The translations under genes and the position numbers were made by a program. The notes beneath the pieces were generated by a model. That model did no database searches. It was given only the letters and a program-made list of their open reading frames with translations, and was not told where the DNA came from. Below are positions 41,001-52,763 of a stretch of DNA of 64,000 bases, in pieces. The stretch comes from Balanoglossus misakiensis (taxonomy: Eukaryota > Animalia > Hemichordata): assembly GCA_040954595.2 (NCBI GenBank), contig CM082582.2, positions 10,531,483-10,595,482 of the forward strand. Direction: 5' to 3'. Each line of letters begins with the position of its first letter. The stretch's first letter is position 1.

Positions 41001-44000
41001 GATGACCAAGAGGGGTACATCGATGGAATTGCTCGTCAACTTCGCCCAATCAATGAGTGACTGATTGCTACTCCATCGAGGATGGACTTGCTGTCGTGAT
41101 TTCATCACCGACGTAGAATGGAAGAGGAATTAAGGGAATTTCAAGGTACCACTCGTGAAAACCACCCAAGCAGATCTGTTCTCTGATTCAACGTCGCTGA
41201 GTGGGCGAGGACCTCAGAAAGTCGTCTGGTTGGCGGCTTGCACGGGCATGTCCTCGTTAACGTCCCACTATCTCGCCGCCATAATCCCGCCAGCCCTAAT
41301 CTCGCTTACTGATGACGAGGGTTTACAAAGTCGTAAAAATTACTGCAAGTTTTTATTATCGGGATTTAGTTTGCCTGTTGTCGGCCGCTGCGTACCATTG
41401 CTATTAATGAATATTAATTAATCGAGTCGTATCGCTAATGTCCTGTCATCAAGAGTCCCGAGTTATTAACACGATTCAATTTTATTGCATCGTAGTGGTC
41501 GTTTTCTCGTGTCCGTGCAATTTGGAAGAAAATTCGTCAGGTATTCCGGCAACGTTCGGAGGGCTTATTACTTTAAGTGCAGTTGGGCAACGATACCGCG
41601 CCATCGTTACCGTATATCTGCAGTGTTTTTTTGCTGAGAGAAATCGCAGTATTGATCCCGGAGATATCGATTAGACGCGAGAATCTCGCTGTTAATTGAA
41701 CCCCTGTATCATCGCACGCGATAGAGTCTACGACATCATGGCCGCGGTGATTACTCCTCTACGTGATCTGTCCCGGAACAGATGGAGAATAATGAACAGC
41801 AGAAGTCTAAAACACACAAAATTCGGACATTCTCGCCCCTCACAAACGCGCAAGCCAAAAAGATGGTAAAATCAAGAAATACGTGTACTTTTGCGACATA
41901 TAGTATATCTAACCACCCCCACCACCACCACCTCCACCAACAACACAACACCACGACCACCGTCGTCTTAGGCAAATTCTTTATTTTTAGCATTTCAGAG
42001 TGACTCCAGGCAAACCTTAATATACTAAAGGTATTGGTGATTTGATGCAAAACAAAACTGTTGCCATGGTGTGGAAATCTGCCGCTTTAAACAGAGCATG
42101 CGCAGCGCCTGGTGATGCATTCACCCAGTTTAGCAATTCACGGGGCTGATCACTACTGCAAGTGTTTCTGTTGACCTCGGCTAAATCAGCTGATCGTTAA
42201 AACTTGAATTACATCACAGAGACGGAGGCAATTTGGAGTTTAAATTGAGTCGTAACACCGTAATGTGAATTAAATCGCAGCTGCCGACAAGTTAAAATAG
42301 GGCCTCTTCTGTAGTTCTGTCTGATAGGTCACGAGGGTTTCATTTTACTTGATTACAGTGTTTCCCGCCTTCTTGTAGGAGTCCTGAATCAGAAAACTAG
42401 TCAAATTTCAACCTAATGGTGGCTGCACTAAGACTACCAGAACACGTTTGTTGACAATACAGATGCAAAAGACAACCATATTAGAGTCATGGTGTCCTCG
42501 GGGATCGTCCCGTATTGATTCACCCGCTGAAATTTCAGAGCCAAATTCGTCGCTGTTTATTCTGTAGTCTTATACGCATGTTGCAACGGGGATTTTTTCT
42601 AAAAGTGTTTGATCGGACGATCGGAGAAGCACGTCGCTATTGTGCGACGCTGTGTAGTGACGATTTGAATTTCAACTTTACAAACACAATTTCAGACGCA
42701 TCAATCGAACTTTTACCTTGAATTTCCATAAGCTTTTTTATTGACATCACATTTTTGTTCCATCGCAACGACTTGTTTAGATAGATATACCATAGACAGT
42801 AGATGGAGCATTCGACTGTCTATGGATACACTTAATTACTACCTGGATGTGTGTCAACAATATTTAATACAATTGTTCATTCGTGTATCAATCTCATTTG
42901 AACTCCACTGTGAGCATACCAAAGGTAATATTCATCCCGAACAACACAATATTCCCGGTTTCCAAGAAATGAGACAAGTACGCGTACAACTGTATTTTAC
43001 ATTCTCATGGGACAGCTTTTATCATCTAGGAACGACTTTCCGTCTTTATTCATAAGATTGCTTTGATGCCATAATCTAATCGCCATCGTTAGCAGGCGTC
43101 TCTTGAAACATTAAACAACGACGTCGTTCTCCGGCTGCCTAGCAACGCAAAAAATGTGATTGTGGCTTGAAAAAATTATCGATTCCCTCGCTTTGTTTTC
43201 AAAATCGAATCATCGGTCATCGTCCAAGGCTTCGGCATTGATTTCTCCGTGTAGTGTTATTGGGTGTGCGCGTCGGCGGATGATGGTGCGTATATTTTAT
43301 TCATCAGGGATGTAGCCAGCCAAGAGGAGATAGTCTAGTTTGTGAGACTACAGTAAAAGTACAGCACGAAAGTGTTTGGATGAAAATATATGAATTTCAC
43401 GAGTAAACCGGCAAGTGTGACTGCCAAATCAAAAATACGACCCCAGTGAGTAAAAGCAGTCGACAAGAAGTGGGCAGAGTTCTAAACGGAGACAAATTTA
43501 CCACCAACGATAAAAACCCAAGCGCAACTTCACATATTTCTTTATGTCTCTCACCGTTGATGGAATTTATGGAAAAGTCCACGGGTCATGACACTACCAT
43601 TACCTCTTACCCTAGGGATGCTCATTTAAGTGACGTCATCGGTAGTCAAAGACACTTTGAAGAATTGAGATGGTAATCGCGGGTCAAGGGTCATCAATCG
43701 GGGGAAGGTTTTATGCAGTAACAGTAAATTCATATGATGTATCAAAATTAATTGATTGCAATGAAACGATCGTTCACCGTGATTTGCGCGGGCGCGGCAG
43801 ATTACTTGTCTTTGGTGTGACCTCGCTGTTACACGACGGTGATTCATCGGATGCGGAAGGCAAAAACGTCTTCGGTGCACAATAATCTCTTAACGTCATA
43901 TCGCCAGCAAGCTGATCAATAGGAGGCAATTGCCCCGACAGATAATGAGGTTTCTTCTCTAAAAAAGTCAATCCCTCATCTAAGGTAACTAAATTGAGAC

Positions 44001-44070
44001 AATTCAAAGATAGAATCTGCTGCAATCGGCTTAAAAAGAACTGAGATGACTGAGACACTTTCGCCACGCA

Positions 44071-44122
44071 TATGTATATATGCATGTACGTATGTGTGTA
44101 TGTATGTATGTATGTATGTATG

Positions 44123-44153
<31 letters not shown>

Positions 44154-44161
44154 TGTATGTA
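44071..44161 (+). repeat. (TATG)n tetranucleotide microsatellite
   Basis: About 13 perfect TATG units (about 44099-44150) with degenerate flanks. Confidence 0.95.
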
Positions 44162-46629
44162 GGTGCAAATGGTCAGGATCTTTCAACGGAGATGGAGACG
44201 TTTTAATACACAATGCATGTTAGAAAGGTGATCAATACGAAGCGTAGCGATGATTGACTTTATCAATAACTATACACTAGTTACCATATTCAGGCACTAT
44301 CAAAATCGAACCCTTCAGTTTGACTTGCACAATGCACTTCCTGTTAAGGGCCAGTGTACATCGCTGTGTTATAATGCCGCTTTCAATACCGAAAACATTC
44401 TCTGTGATTGTAATGACGTGTCGCCGGATGCCACTTGTTTGTCAGTCTCGCGAGACTTTGTCTGTCGGGGTGAGATGTCACCAACACACGCGCGCACGCA
44501 CATGGCTATTTGACATTTCTGGAAACGTGGAGACTGTCATTTCGAACCACTTCGATTAAAAACTCGGGCAATTCAAATCGTAAATCTACAAGTGCTTCAA
44601 AGCAAATACACCCAGATAATATAGATGCATGGTTTTGCATAGACGTCACGATGCCCGGTTTAAATGGATCTGGGAATATTTAATGAATCATTTCAGGCGA
44701 AAGAACGATAAGAGTAATGGCCAATATCTTTAATGTATTCATTAAAGTAATTAAACATTTCTTGCGCGATTTCAATACTGTCCAGCCAGTTCCAGGCATC
44801 GTTTATGTCAAAACCGTAGGTGTGACTGACACACCTTTATCAGACTGCATGTGATACTGGTCCCGTATATATTATATTGTCAAGATCATATTCGTGCGTA
44901 TGTACGTATCGATGTATGTGCATCTAGTAGTGTCGTGTATGTCATGGCATGGCGATGAAAAACGGGTCGAACACCAGACACACTCGCGAGTTTCAAATTA
45001 ACCCGTCATAGTTTCCTGTATATCTGTTTTATAATTAAGGTGCTTCGAGAACCTCACAGAAACCCCTTGTAGCATAATAGATTATCAGTCTGCATTTCTA
45101 CAATGCAGATGTCCGAGCGGGTGTCTCTCTCTTTTGACCTATTTCTAATGTTTTTCCGGGGAATACGCTTAAAAGGAGGAGCGTTTAAAACCTCCCCTGT
45201 CGCCATTAAATCAGTAGGAGCTAGCGTTGAATTCACTCTTTTCAAGCAAGTGAGCGAGGTTAAAAATTGAATACCGGGACAAGACAAAAGAAATGTCACC
45301 AACCATGCAGCTGGTTCCTGTTTCACTTAATAGAGGAATATCATCAACGTGAAAGAATTTCCGAAAATAATAAAATACAATTTCAATATTTTGAATGAAG
45401 GAATACACCTGCACGCCCGGATTATTCACATTTCTTTTTATTGTAGTCATTCGTAGATGTCTGCAACTGCTTTTGACGTCATGACATACATTGTGCCACA
45501 CAGCAGTGAGCGCAGAGCTTGAATCCGCCCTCTGTCGACAGAATGCACGGCGGCTTCTCTCTGTCTCTCCATGTTCCAGCATGACGGGTCGACATGCTTC
45601 CTGATAGGTCGGTGACTTATTCCAGATAATGACGTCTTAATTAACTCACGACTCATCGCAGACGACACGAGGGGCCGACACGGCAGCCCAAGATGACTGA
45701 CTGTCTCACTGGTTATATCAGCGTTGACAATCGATGTCCTCACTTACATCCGTATACAAGACAGATCTCCCCCGCGTCTTTGGAGAAATCGCCCTAATTA
45801 CAAACCAATAGAAGGACGAATCAAGCCTGGAATTTAAGCATTCTAGATCGGGGTAAAAACGTCTTTACGTTGGATTTTATGAGTCTTTAAGTAAAGCATC
45901 AGTGGATATCGCGAAGGGAGTCTTTGCCATCATCGCTGTGTCCACCACCTGTAAATTTAGAACACTAAATGTGATTGCCTCTGAATGAAAGTTATCGTCT
46001 TCCCTTCAACCCCCGAGCCATCTTAAGATGGTCGCTGATATTTTATTACCACCACTTGTTTTTCTCTCTCCTGTTCTCGTGTTCCATTGTTATCTATTTT
46101 CTTTGCTGCACTACTTGTCTCAAATGGCTTAACATAATTCGGCATTTCAAAACCTGAATTTGACGTGATCCAGGGAAATGCTAATTAATAAGGACAGTAT
46201 CTATTGACCCACAAATTCACATATCCTTACATTCTGGCGGATATTTGTCACCGTGATGGAGTTTGCGTGACAGCGATGTACGGGGGTGGGGTTCAAACCC
46301 TGCTGTCGGCCCTTGATATGCAAATGAAGAGAGTCCAGGGGCCGGTTTGACCCTGAGGTTTATTCTCTTAAAAAGGTCACTCATTGCCTCCATGTCGATG
46401 GGAAAGAAAGCGAGACTCCACTTGTGTTTGACAGTTATGTTATTTTATTTTTCAGTGGTATGAATTTATGAAAAATGCAATAATTCAATTAAAATAGACA
46501 ATAGCTTAGCTGGTAAAATGACGTAAGCAAACAGAGTGAACTATTTTATAGAAATATTCATATTGCACGTGTAAGTATGCCTGCCCAGTTTGTTTTAATA
46601 AAAGTTTCGATTAAGCGCACACATAAAAC

Positions 46630-46635
46630 TTTATT
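46630..46635 (-). terminator. Candidate polyadenylation signal (AATAAA) of cathepsin Z copy A
   Basis: TTTATT on the + strand about 265 nt past the stop codon. Alternatives at 46444 and 46360. Confidence 0.5.
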
Positions 46636-46900
46636 TGCCACGGCTCCGGTTAAGTTGTATTTTTTTCAAAAGTGGACACTTGAGGGCGATGTCACCGAAA
46701 ATATGTGTTGCCACTGTAGAGCTCAATTCCATGTGCATTTTCAATAATATCAAAATCACATTCATAATAATATTCAAGTAAATCATGGTCGTGGCAATTC
46801 TCGTCCTACTGTAAATGAAATCTCAGAAGCGAGAGACTGTCGTTTCCAAGGCGATATGAAGTTTGCCGCGATTTGATTGGGAGACGTTGGTCACGTGACA

Positions 46901-49058
46901 CTATGGCAATATCGGATCTGCATATGCGCATCTGGACTCGATACCGAGATTGTAATCACCGCCTTGCCCACCCTTGTACATGCTTGTGACGATGCGTAGC
47001 CAGCCTTGCTCGCCCTGAAATCGAAGAAAGTGCAATTATGAGAATGGCTGTGAAGAAGCGAGGGACATCACTGACAAATGGGACGATATTTCAGGTGAGA
47101 ATTCAGGTCTCTGTCCACAGCTAGCTAAGTTAACTTACCCATGGCTGTCCCCACGAATTCCTGACGATCCAAAATTCAACTCCAGTTTCATCAACTCCCC
47201 ACCCAGCCACAGAAATGATGTGATTGATCTGAAAGATAGGCGTGGTGAAATGTGAGAACTGGATCGCAAACAAACAACATAGCATATACGCGTGCATTTA
47301 ATCATAAGCTCTCTCTTTCTCTCAATTGCGGCACTTTTTGTAGGATTTATGATGAAACTCGCGAATAGTTTTTACTGGCGAATGGGCCACGTGCTTCGCT
47401 TCACTGGCGCACACACGAAAACGTAGGCTATTCACTCACCCAAGTCTAAATACTTGAAAATACTTACACCTGGTGTCGGGTTATACTCCGAGTAGACACC
47501 ACCTGTGTATTTGTCTAAATTACCGGTTGCGTCAATACCACAGCTGTAAGCAAACAAGCAATACATAGAATTTCGGTTAGGCTATCGGCGCCCTCTACGG
47601 ATAACTTGTTGACTTGAAAATTATGGTAGTAGTTTTGGTGCAAAACCTAAAAGTAAAGAGCGTGCGTTGTTACCTTATTGGCCCATTTTGATAGATTTCC
47701 GCCATCATTTTGTCACGTCCGCTGACGCTGCCAAAATCTCCAACTTTCCAGACTGTGTAGTCGGTAATGTTTACACAGACACCGAAAGTCGTACACGTGC
47801 CGCACTGGTTGAAAACCTCGCATTCTAAAAGGAATGACGTGTGAGAAAGTTTAGCGTGTTTTGAGTATGTAACTTTCGAAATAGGATGTGAGCTGTATAT
47901 GGCAAATCTTGGTAGGCCAGTGTCGGAACTAAACCGCAGACCAACCAGTTGATCTGCCCGACACGTAAAAATTTAGTCGTTTTTTCTTCTGTTCACATGT
48001 AAGAGCTCGGGTTCAGCGGAGACAATATACAAACGCATCAATTGAAACACGTGAAAACGGTGGAAAAACTCACTTTGATCCTTAGCTTGGTAGTTGTTAC
48101 AGGTCTCATCTGGGATTCCCTTATCGTGGGCATACTGATAGACTGCTGTATCGTCCCCGCCCTCACAGCTGCCGGCATTGCCGCAGTCGATGACGTTCTG
48201 CACAGACAGATAGGTTGACGGCCACGCTCCTTTACGATGAATGTTAATGCGGTCTATAAAACAGAAATGAAACTTTTTGCCATCGAAACTATTTGCTTAT
48301 GAAGTCATCTCTGTATAAACATTTCCTTTTCGGTTTAGTTGTCGGATTTCCGAGAAAACGATTTTCTGCTCAGTGTACTGGCAGCGGTCGCTCTCCACTG
48401 CACAGATCTGGCAGTGGGCCGTTCCCGTCTCATTTTGACACCATCACGAATCCGCCTCCCACAAAACTGTCACTTCTAAGATATTTCAGCCACAACAGGC
48501 ACTGCGGTTATTTTTTTTTAATAAGGCTGTTTTAATCTTATACCTGCTAACGCACTGGTGCTGCCCATGGCCCAACACGATCCGCAGTACTGGGGAATGT
48601 GCTGGTTCCGTGTCGTGGTCGCATAGTTGGTGCCGTTCACGTTACGCCAATCCCAAGCCTTCGGAAGGTCCTGCACGTTGAGATACTCGTGTGGTCTCGG
48701 GTATGTCCTGTTTGTGGAACAAGAATGCAATGTTTGTCTTCCTCTGTTCCTCATCACAATAGGGGGGGGGGGGAGGCTAGGTCCAGTCATAAGCGTATAT
48801 ACAATGGCTATCGCGGAGGACAGTGATAATGATAGTGAAAGTAACATGAATTTGGGCATTGCTTCGTACCCACGACACTTAACATGATACAGGTATCGTC
48901 AGAAGTCAACTTTAAAACAAATTCTGCTGTACTCACTTGACGCCCTTTATCCCTTTGCCGAGTTCAGGGTCGTAACACGATTTCCTGGTGTACAGTAAGG
49001 TCTCGCCACAGACGGTGCACAGAAACACGGAAACTAAAATCAGGATTGCCGAATTCAT
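46901..49058 (-). CDS. CTSZ: Cathepsin Z/X (papain family C1A carboxypeptidase), copy A, 298 aa, 7 exons: 49058-48937, 48707-48544, 48253-48074, 47824-47674, 47543-47468, 47228-47139, 47014-46901
   Basis: Signal peptide [18 protein letters not shown] and a short propeptide with the conserved [12 protein letters not shown], the cathepsin-Z mini-loop [12 protein letters not shown] (catalytic Cys), [11 protein letters not shown] (catalytic His), WIVRNSWG (catalytic Asn) and C-terminal [14 protein letters not shown] are all present. All introns are GT-AG with matching phases; the exons total 897 nt with no internal stop. Confidence 0.97.
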
Positions 49059-49184
49059 CGCGATCGTCTGTAATGGTGTTGTATATTATACGGGGGGAAC
49101 AAGGCACGAGCGGTGGTGTGTCACAGAACTGCACTGCCACTGGGGGAGTCGAGTCGCTGATCTGGCGTTCTATTAATAACTCTG

Positions 49185-49206
49185 GTCACCTGACATGTCA
49201 TATGAC
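49185..49206. promoter_or_regulatory. CLEAR/E-box-like palindromes upstream of cathepsin Z copy A
   Basis: GTCACCTGAC (49185-49194) and GTCATATGAC (49197-49206), 130-150 bp upstream of the ATG. Both resemble the TFEB/MITF CLEAR consensus GTCACGTGAC. Confidence 0.5.
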
Positions 49207-49845
49207 CAACGCGTGCAGTTAACAGTTAGGCTAGTGTCACTTTAATAAAAGACCGAATGACGTGCGTGCGAAACGCTGCGTTTCTGGTTCTGAAACTAAA
49301 TAGCTGGAAAATTTATTAAAGCAATAACACAGCCACTTTCGAGACTAACGTAGCCTGTATTAATTCTAGGCAGGGTCGTCGGTCTCCGAAGTATAGACAA
49401 TGATTTGCAGGTATTGAAGGTTATTGCACGGTGACCTCTGAATGACCTTGTAAGTTGACGCCACAGGAAACCAACGCATGAAAGCTGCGTTTCAACAGTA
49501 GAAAAGTACCGCTAGTTAGGCTGCAGTAGTTAACATTTGCGATACACTAATTCTGAGCGTGACAAGTCGAAAGGAAAGCGAACGAAATTGCATAACATAG
49601 ACATTTCTTTCCTAAAAGACGGGGACAAATGAAATAGAAAAACAACCCCAGACGATCGTGTAAACGATGCACACAAAGTAGGCTAATAAAGCGAGTACGC
49701 ACACGCGATGTTGATGAGCAAATACTTTTTATTGACCATAAATCTATAGACATCCTAAAATGCCAACTTTTGTACATACACTTCCAGGTGCCAGTCTTAG
49801 TATTCCTTTTAAAAATAAGTGTTCATTTTTTTTAATTCCAAATTC

Positions 49846-49851
49846 TTTATT
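49846..49851 (-). terminator. Candidate polyadenylation signal (AATAAA) of cathepsin Z copy B
   Basis: TTTATT on the + strand about 580 nt past the stop, at the end of an AT-rich stretch. Second signal at 49728-49733. Confidence 0.5.
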
Positions 49852-50430
49852 GCACTTGTATTCCATACTGAGTAAATGTAAGTTTCTTCTCACTGTTAAC
49901 AAACAGCAAACGGTATCGTGAAATCACAATATGAAAGACTGAGTTATCAATTTGTGTTGTGAAGTCCCATTAAATTACATTTCAAGATAGCAAATCTGAA
50001 TGGGTCTTTCTGTCTTGAAAGATTTCGATCTACAGATATTTCATGATCATGATAACTTAACAAAGCATCAGAAATTCGAAATGTACATACACATCATATG
50101 ATACTTATATTGCATTGTCTGGCAAGGTTTTTATGTTGCAAAAACTAACCACGTGAGGACTAATGTCTCAGCAAACGAAAACACCTGTTGAATACATTTA
50201 CATCTCCATTTGTAGTGAAAAGGGCACAGTAAAAATCTTGATGTATGTACACTTGCAACCTTTAATTCTATTCCTCTTACAAAAGCACAGAAAACACTGA
50301 ATTACAAACGAACTAAAACACCCTTGTTAGTATTGCATTCTATCTACGCTAATATGTTAACACTTGTCAAGTTAATCAATGTAGTAGCACCAGTTGCCAT
50401 GGAAACTACCCAAACTGACACAGGTTAGGC

Positions 50431-52703
50431 TCAGGGCACGATAGGATCTCCGTAAGCACACTGTTTCTCGATGCCCAGGTTGTATCTGTCACCTTCTCCG
50501 TTTTTGTAGGCACTTGTAACGATGCGCATCCATCCTTGTTCGCCCTGTTAGTAAAAAAAAAGAAATGTTTCCTTCAGCATAATATGACAAAAAGTTTGAG
50601 ACTTTGATTTTCGAGGCGTGCACTTCCTGAAACGCCACTTCCTGAGAAAATCTTTTGCAAGGTCAAACAGTTTCTCACCCAAGGCTGTCCCCATGAATTC
50701 CTCATGATCCAGTATTCAACTCCGTTTTCGTCCACTCCCCAGCCGGCCACGGAAATCACATGGTTGATCTGAAAATAGAAACAAAATTGCCAGAATGTAC
50801 AAGCTGGTTCTGCAATTAATTTTTGTTGACACTGATTATTTATGTGGTTGAAGGCCTTGGTTTTCGATTGAAATATTTATAAACTCAATCAATTTGCATT
50901 TAGATAAAGTGTAACTTACCATGGAAAACAATTTATACTCGGAATAGACACCGCCAGTATACTTCTCTACGTTGCTTGTAGCATCAATACCACAACTGAA
51001 CAAAAAGGGAACCAAGATTGAACATGTTATGATACAGTTCCATTTGTCATTAATATGGCCATTTTCTGACTGAGTACTTGGAGGGGGGATATGTTAGAGA
51101 TATGTGCGTGTGAAACTTCACAGAGATCAATAAAACACAGGCATAAAACACATTACATTTAATGTTGATTTGCTCTGCACGGCAAGGGAACTGTTTCACC
51201 GGATCTGAAAAACAAATCACCTGATTGGTCCATTTTGATAGATTTCCGCCATCATCTTCTCACGGCCGCTGACACTTCCATAGTCACCAACTTTCCAAAC
51301 TGTGTAGTTTTTGACTTGGGAACACTCACCGAATGTCGTGCATGTGCCGCATTGATTAAATTCATTGCATCCTGTAAGAAATGTAACGTAAGAAATCTAT
51401 ATTATCAATGCACTTAGTAGACTTTCAATTATTCTAAACTGATATCAGTTACATACACATTACTGTACCCAAACTTTCAAAACTTTAACAACTTACTTTG
51501 GTCCTTAGCTTGATAGTTGTTACAAGTCTCGTCCGGTATTCCTTTTTTGTGTGCGTACTCCCAGACCCCAAGGTCACCACCACCTTCACAACTACCGGCA
51601 TTTCCACAGTCAATGACATTCTGTACTGACAGGTACGCAGTTGGCCAAGCTGCTTTGCGCTTGATGTTGATACGATCTGAGAAAAAATCAAAAAGGGTTG
51701 TGTATACTTCACTAGTACAGTACCTTAATTATGGTTAGGTGAATACTTGTATGCACACTTGGACATCAACATTTCATTTTTTTGTTTGTTTCAATATGCT
51801 TGTGGGATTGTGATCATCACTACCATACCTGCCAATGCACTAGTACTCCCCATGGCCCAACATGATCCGCAGTACTGGGGGATGTGCTGGTTCCGTGTCG
51901 TGGTCACATAGTTAGTGCCGTTCACGTTACGCCAATCCCAAGCCTTGGGAAGGTCCTGCACGTTGAGATACTCGTGAGGTCTCGGGTATGTCCTTTATTG
52001 GCAGGATACAAAACACAGAATAATGGTGAGACATCCAAAGTTATCAGAAGGTCATCCAAGGTTATCAGATTAAAACACGTGAAAATCATGTGATGTCCTC
52101 CAACTGACAACTATGTACATTACATGCAGTGGTAGTCAATAGTGTTACCAAACAGACCCCTCTACGTGTAATTTTGAATAGAGGAAACAGTCATGGGCGA
52201 AATCACAGCACAAACATCAAAATTCTCTGAGTTCTGCGGGATTTCGGGGGCCATGGGACTCCGGCAAGTTTGTTAACCCATAGACAAAGACAAACGAAAT
52301 GTGTCCCTTTGGCCTTTGTCTGTGGTCGGGTGTCCATAATCAACTCGTGAAGGCAGCTACCATTGTTTATGGGCGATCAACACGTAGCTACGCGATTCGC
52401 GAACGTCCTGCGATGGAACGGGGAAAACAACCCTGTTTTCCGCTTGCATCAATAGGAAATTCGCGGATCGAGTAAGCGACATGCGAAGCGCCAGTGGCTT
52501 TATATTTATTGCATCATCTGGTCAGTATGTTTGTGAGCAACAGCGCTATGGTTCAGACAGACAGTTGCAGCTTACCTGACGCCGGTTATCCATTTATCAA
52601 ATTCGGCATTGTAACACCCCTTGGCGCTTGTATACATCAAATCATGGCTGTAAGCAGACGACATGAAAAGTGTCAACACAACTGATAACCAAAATACGGC
52701 CAT
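50431..52703 (-). CDS. CTSZ: Cathepsin Z/X, copy B, 300 aa, 7 exons: 52703-52576, 51992-51829, 51676-51497, 51371-51221, 50995-50920, 50768-50679, 50544-50431
   Basis: Signal peptide [19 protein letters not shown] and propeptide [39 protein letters not shown] and [14 protein letters not shown] are present. Exons 2-7 are the same sizes as in copy A (164/180/151/76/90/114 nt); 903 nt open. Confidence 0.97.
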
Positions 52704-52763
52704 TGTACTTTCCACTGTACAACAACAAGTCTCGGCACGACGCTTCGTATGCGTAACCTAGGA

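Noticed and set aside
41310-41340. Hammerhead-like CTGATGA followed by a short stem
   Set aside because: The required GAAA after stem II is TAAA, and stems I and III are not evident.
6503-43184. Frequent ATCGAT (Onecut/Cut-like) words
   Set aside because: The count seen is about what base composition predicts for a 6-mer in 64 kb.
43397-44085. Several overlapping 60-100 aa ORFs
   Set aside because: No domain similarity and no consistent splice chain; lengths are within chance expectation.
45054-45743. Stacked minus-strand ORFs of 90-123 aa
   Set aside because: No recognisable motifs or exon structure.
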